Assembly: GCA_964618895.1 (NCBI GenBank)
Contig: CAZUDO010000056.1
Location: 104,744 to 168,743, forward strand
Source: an uncultured Candidatus Binatia bacterium
GTDB lineage: Bacteria > Desulfobacterota > Binatia > DP-6
Direction of reading: 5' to 3'
DNA length: 64,000 bases
The position numbers and the translations under genes were made by a program. The notes beneath the pieces are model-generated. The model saw nothing but the letters and a program-made list of their open reading frames with translations, was not told where the DNA came from and ran no database searches. Positions within the stretch are counted from its first letter, which is position 1; each line of letters opens with the position of its first letter. This document shows positions 61,349 through 64,000 of this stretch, piece after piece.

Positions 61349-62416
61349 ATGGGACGATTCGGCTATCACGTGATTGACGCCGACGGGCACGGCGGCGACC
61401 AGCCCAGCTGGCAGGACCGCTTGCCGGCGGAGTTCCAGCCGCACATGGCCACGCGTCGCGAGCGCATCAAGCAGCAGTTCGCGAACCTGCCCGGCGTCGG
61501 CATCAAGCAGACCAAGGGCACCGCCAAGCTGGACAGCCTCGAGCGCCCCGGCATGACGGACCCCAAGCCCCGGCTGGAAGACATGGACCTGGAAGGTATC
61601 GACCAGACCATCATGTTCCCCGGTGGCGCCGGCGAGGAGTGGGCCGGGCTCGATCGCGGCTTCGCGATCGCGCTCTGCCGAACGCTGAACGACGCGCGCG
61701 CCGAGTACACGCGCTACGCGCCGAAGCGTCTCATGTCGGTCGCCAAGCTTCCCATGATCGACCCCGCCGCCGCCGCCGCCGAGCTGCGCCGCGCCGTCAA
61801 GGAGCTCGGCATGGTCGGCATGGTGACCACCCAGCACGTGCGCGACAAGAACCTCGACGACCCGAGCTTCGACGTGGTCTGGCGCACGGCCGAGGACCTG
61901 GGCGTGGCGGTCTGTGTGCACGGCGGCGGCCAGGCGATCGACCAGGTGCCGATCGGCGTCGACCGCTGGACGACGCGCCTCGAGGTGCACGCCTTCACCC
62001 ATCCGGTCGGGCAGATGATGGCGGTGATGGCGTTCTCGGCGGGCGGCATCCTGCATCGCTTCCCGAAGCTCCGGGTCGCCTTCCTCGAGGCCACCACCGG
62101 CTGGCTGCCGTTCTGGCTGGAGCGCCTGGACGAGCACTGGGAGCTCACGCCCGAGCAGGCGCCGATCATCGACCGGAAGCCGAGCGAGTACATTTTGTCC
62201 GGCCGCTGCTTCATCGGCTGCGATCCCGACGAGAAGTACATGCCGCACGTCGTCGACGCGCTCGGCGAAGGGGTGGTGGTGTACGCCTCGGACTACTGCC
62301 ACTGGGACTGCCGCTTCCCGGACACGGTGAAGATCATCGCGGAGCGGACGGATCTGTCGCAGAGCGCCAAGCAGAAGCTCTTCGACGACAACCCGCGCCG
62401 GCTGTACGCGCTCTGA
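61349..62416 (+). CDS. Amidohydrolase-2 family (TIM-barrel metal-dependent hydrolase / decarboxylase-like)
   Basis: HVIDADGHGGD N-terminal metal motif; later VHGGG and DYCHWDC; 355 aa. Confidence 0.8.
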   Translation: MGRFGYHVIDADGHGGDQPSWQDRLPAEFQPHMATRRERIKQQFANLPGVGIKQTKGTAKLDSLERPGMTDPKPRLEDMDLEGIDQTIMFPGGAGEEWAGLDRGFAIALCRTLNDARAEYTRYAPKRLMSVAKLPMIDPAAAAAELRRAVKELGMVGMVTTQHVRDKNLDDPSFDVVWRTAEDLGVAVCVHGGGQAIDQVPIGVDRWTTRLEVHAFTHPVGQMMAVMAFSAGGILHRFPKLRVAFLEATTGWLPFWLERLDEHWELTPEQAPIIDRKPSEYILSGRCFIGCDPDEKYMPHVVDALGEGVVVYASDYCHWDCRFPDTVKIIAERTDLSQSAKQKLFDDNPRRLYAL

Positions 62417-62422
62417 GCCGTC

Positions 62423-63049
62423 GTGCCGGTTGACCTGCAGGGTTTTCTCGAGCCATCCCGCGCGGCGCTCCTCCTGATGGAATGTCAGGAGGGGATCATC
62501 GGTGCCGGCGGGCGCCTGGGGGCGCTCGCCGAGGCGGTCGCGCGGCACGGGACGGTCGCGCACATCGCGCGCGTGCTGGCGGCCGCGCGGCGCGCGCACG
62601 TCCCCGTCTTCTACTGTACGGTCGCGCGCCGGCCCGACGGCGGCGGCGCGGCGGTCAACTGTCTCCTGCTGGCGGCCACCAAACGCGGCACGCCGCTGCT
62701 GCCCGGCTCGCCGCAGCAGGCGGTGGTGGCGGCGCTGGCGCCCGCCGACGGCGACTACGTCGTCACGCGCTTCCACGGGTTGAGCCCGTTCCACGGCACC
62801 GAGCTGGACCAGTTGCTGCGCAACCTGGGCGTGCGCACGGTGGTGGCCGCCGGGGTGTCGGTCAACATCGGCATGCTCGGCCTCACGCTCGAGGCGGTGA
62901 ACGCTGGCTACCAGGTGGTGCTCCCGCGCGAGGCCACCACCGGTGTGCCGGACGCGTACGTCGACGCCGTCTTCGAGCACACGTTGAAACTGCTGGCGAC
63001 CGTCACTTCGGTGGACGAGGTGGTCGCGGCGTGGAGCGGGCATGGCTGA
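62423..63049 (+). CDS. Isochorismatase-family cysteine hydrolase
   Basis: ALLLMECQEGII, VVTRFHGLSPFHGTELDQLLRNLGVRTVVAAGVSVNIGMLGL with the catalytic-Cys-type region; 208 aa. Confidence 0.75.
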   Translation: MPVDLQGFLEPSRAALLLMECQEGIIGAGGRLGALAEAVARHGTVAHIARVLAAARRAHVPVFYCTVARRPDGGGAAVNCLLLAATKRGTPLLPGSPQQAVVAALAPADGDYVVTRFHGLSPFHGTELDQLLRNLGVRTVVAAGVSVNIGMLGLTLEAVNAGYQVVLPREATTGVPDAYVDAVFEHTLKLLATVTSVDEVVAAWSGHG

Positions 63050-63806
63050 GCGGTTCCCTGGCAAGGTGGTGTTCGTGACCGGCGCCGGCTCCGGCATCGG
63101 GCGCGCCACCGCGGCGCTGTTCGCGGCCGAAGGCGCGAAGGTGTTCGCCGTCGACGTGAACGGCGACGGTCTCATGCAGACCATCGACCAGCTCCGCCCG
63201 CTCGGGCGGACTATCGAGGGCGGCGTGTGCGACGTGGCCGACACGGCCTCGGTCGAAGCGGCGATCGGCAACACCGTGACCACGTTCGGCGGGCTCGACG
63301 TGCTGGTGAACGCCGCCGGCATCGGCGGCTTCGCCCGCTTCGAGGAGCTGGACGAGGCCACGTTCGAGCGCACGCTGCAGGTGAACCTGGGCGGCGTCTT
63401 CCGCACCACCAAGGCGGCGCTGCCGCACCTCCTGGCGCGCTGTCCGGGCGCCAACGTCGTGAACGTCGCCTCGACGGCGGGCATGCGCGGCACGGCGTAC
63501 GCGGCGCACTACAGCGCCTCCAAGGGCGGCGTGGCCCTGCTGTCGCGCTCGCTGGCGCTCGAGTTCGCGAGCCGCGACCTGCGCATCAACTGCGTCTGCC
63601 CGGGCGGCGTCAAGACGCCGTTCGGGCGTTTCTTCCTGCGCCGCGAGGACTTCGAGGCCCACCTGATCGACTACTCGGCGCCGCCGAAGATCGGGCACTT
63701 CGCGGATCCCGAAGACATTGCGGGCGTGATCGCGTTCCTCGCCTCGGACGCGGCCCGCATGGTGAACGGCGTCACGCTCCTGGCCGATGGCGGCACGCTC
63801 GCGTAG
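63042..63806 (+). CDS. SDR-family oxidoreductase
   Basis: TGAGSGIGRA, NAAGI, and the catalytic YSASK tetrad. Confidence 0.9.
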   Translation: MAERFPGKVVFVTGAGSGIGRATAALFAAEGAKVFAVDVNGDGLMQTIDQLRPLGRTIEGGVCDVADTASVEAAIGNTVTTFGGLDVLVNAAGIGGFARFEELDEATFERTLQVNLGGVFRTTKAALPHLLARCPGANVVNVASTAGMRGTAYAAHYSASKGGVALLSRSLALEFASRDLRINCVCPGGVKTPFGRFFLRREDFEAHLIDYSAPPKIGHFADPEDIAGVIAFLASDAARMVNGVTLLADGGTLA

Positions 63807-63814
63807 AAGGCCGC

Positions 63815-64000
63815 GGATGCTACTCGACGTGCTTGCCCGCCACGCCGCCGAATGCGGCGACCGGCCGTTCCTGGCGCATGTCGGGCGGCGCGTGACCTAC
63901 GCCGAGTTCGACCGGCTTTCGAACCGCGCCGCGCACGCGCTCCGTGCCCTGGGCGTTACGAAGGGCGACCGGGTGACGCTCGGTCTCGGCAACTCGGTCG
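63815..64000 (+). CDS. AMP-dependent synthetase/ligase (acyl-CoA synthetase), N-terminal fragment running out of the window
   Basis: MLLDVLARHAAECGDRPFLAHVGRRVTYAEFDRLSNRAAHALRALGVTKGDRV, the typical ANL-superfamily N-terminus. Confidence 0.6.

Overview
This 64 kb window is a high-GC (about 70%) chromosomal segment. The gene content looks Myxococcota-like: the pilB-pilT-pilC order, proteins carrying the Myxococcales Cys-rich CGNG...ECDDGN repeat, and a gliding-type ABC-2 exporter. I call about 60 protein-coding genes, almost all recognisable from conserved motifs in the supplied translations. Nearly all of the other long ORFs on the opposite strand are GC-driven antisense artefacts. The housekeeping genes are: a minus-strand block aroE-pilB-pilT-pilC, ppdK and recO, then a plus-strand grpE-dnaK-dnaJ-thiL run followed by larB and an ACT-domain protein; further along are cspA, an LpxL-family acyltransferase, an orphan NarL-type response regulator, and a tightly coupled block of 2-hydroxyacid dehydrogenase, FGGY kinase, HAD phosphatase and gliding-type ABC exporter. 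The second half is catabolic and accessory. It holds three TetR-controlled modules. The first (28.3-32.5 kb) is a MaoC-N/MaoC hydratase pair, an SCP-x-like thiolase, a hydrolase and a stand-alone DUF35 protein, which resembles steroid/bile-acid side-chain aldolase systems. The second (45.0-46.9 kb) is a double-hotdog MaoC dehydratase. The third (55.2-64.0 kb) is an operon of flavin monooxygenase, aldehyde dehydrogenase, amidohydrolases, Zn-ADH, SDR and an acyl-CoA ligase. Between them are an unusual hyuB-yjbQ-hyuA hydantoinase/carboxylase-like cluster next to a fused MFS-spermidine-synthase-like protein, and two adjacent large secreted Cys-rich repeat proteins (an ELWxxDG propeller protein and an SGNH esterase with three 165-bp tandem repeats). 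Non-coding findings are: a roughly 300-bp near-perfect palindromic MITE-like element filling the pilT-pilB intergenic region, with a second truncated copy at 40.7 kb abutting an internally deleted, frameshifted HerA/DUF87-like ATPase pseudogene; a 28-bp perfect inverted repeat forming a long hairpin between hyuB and yjbQ; a hairpin plus U-tract that sequesters the dnaJ Shine-Dalgarno sequence; a poly-G frameshift in a CBS/CorC gene remnant; and palindromic TetR operator candidates. I found no rRNA, tRNA or CRISPR array.
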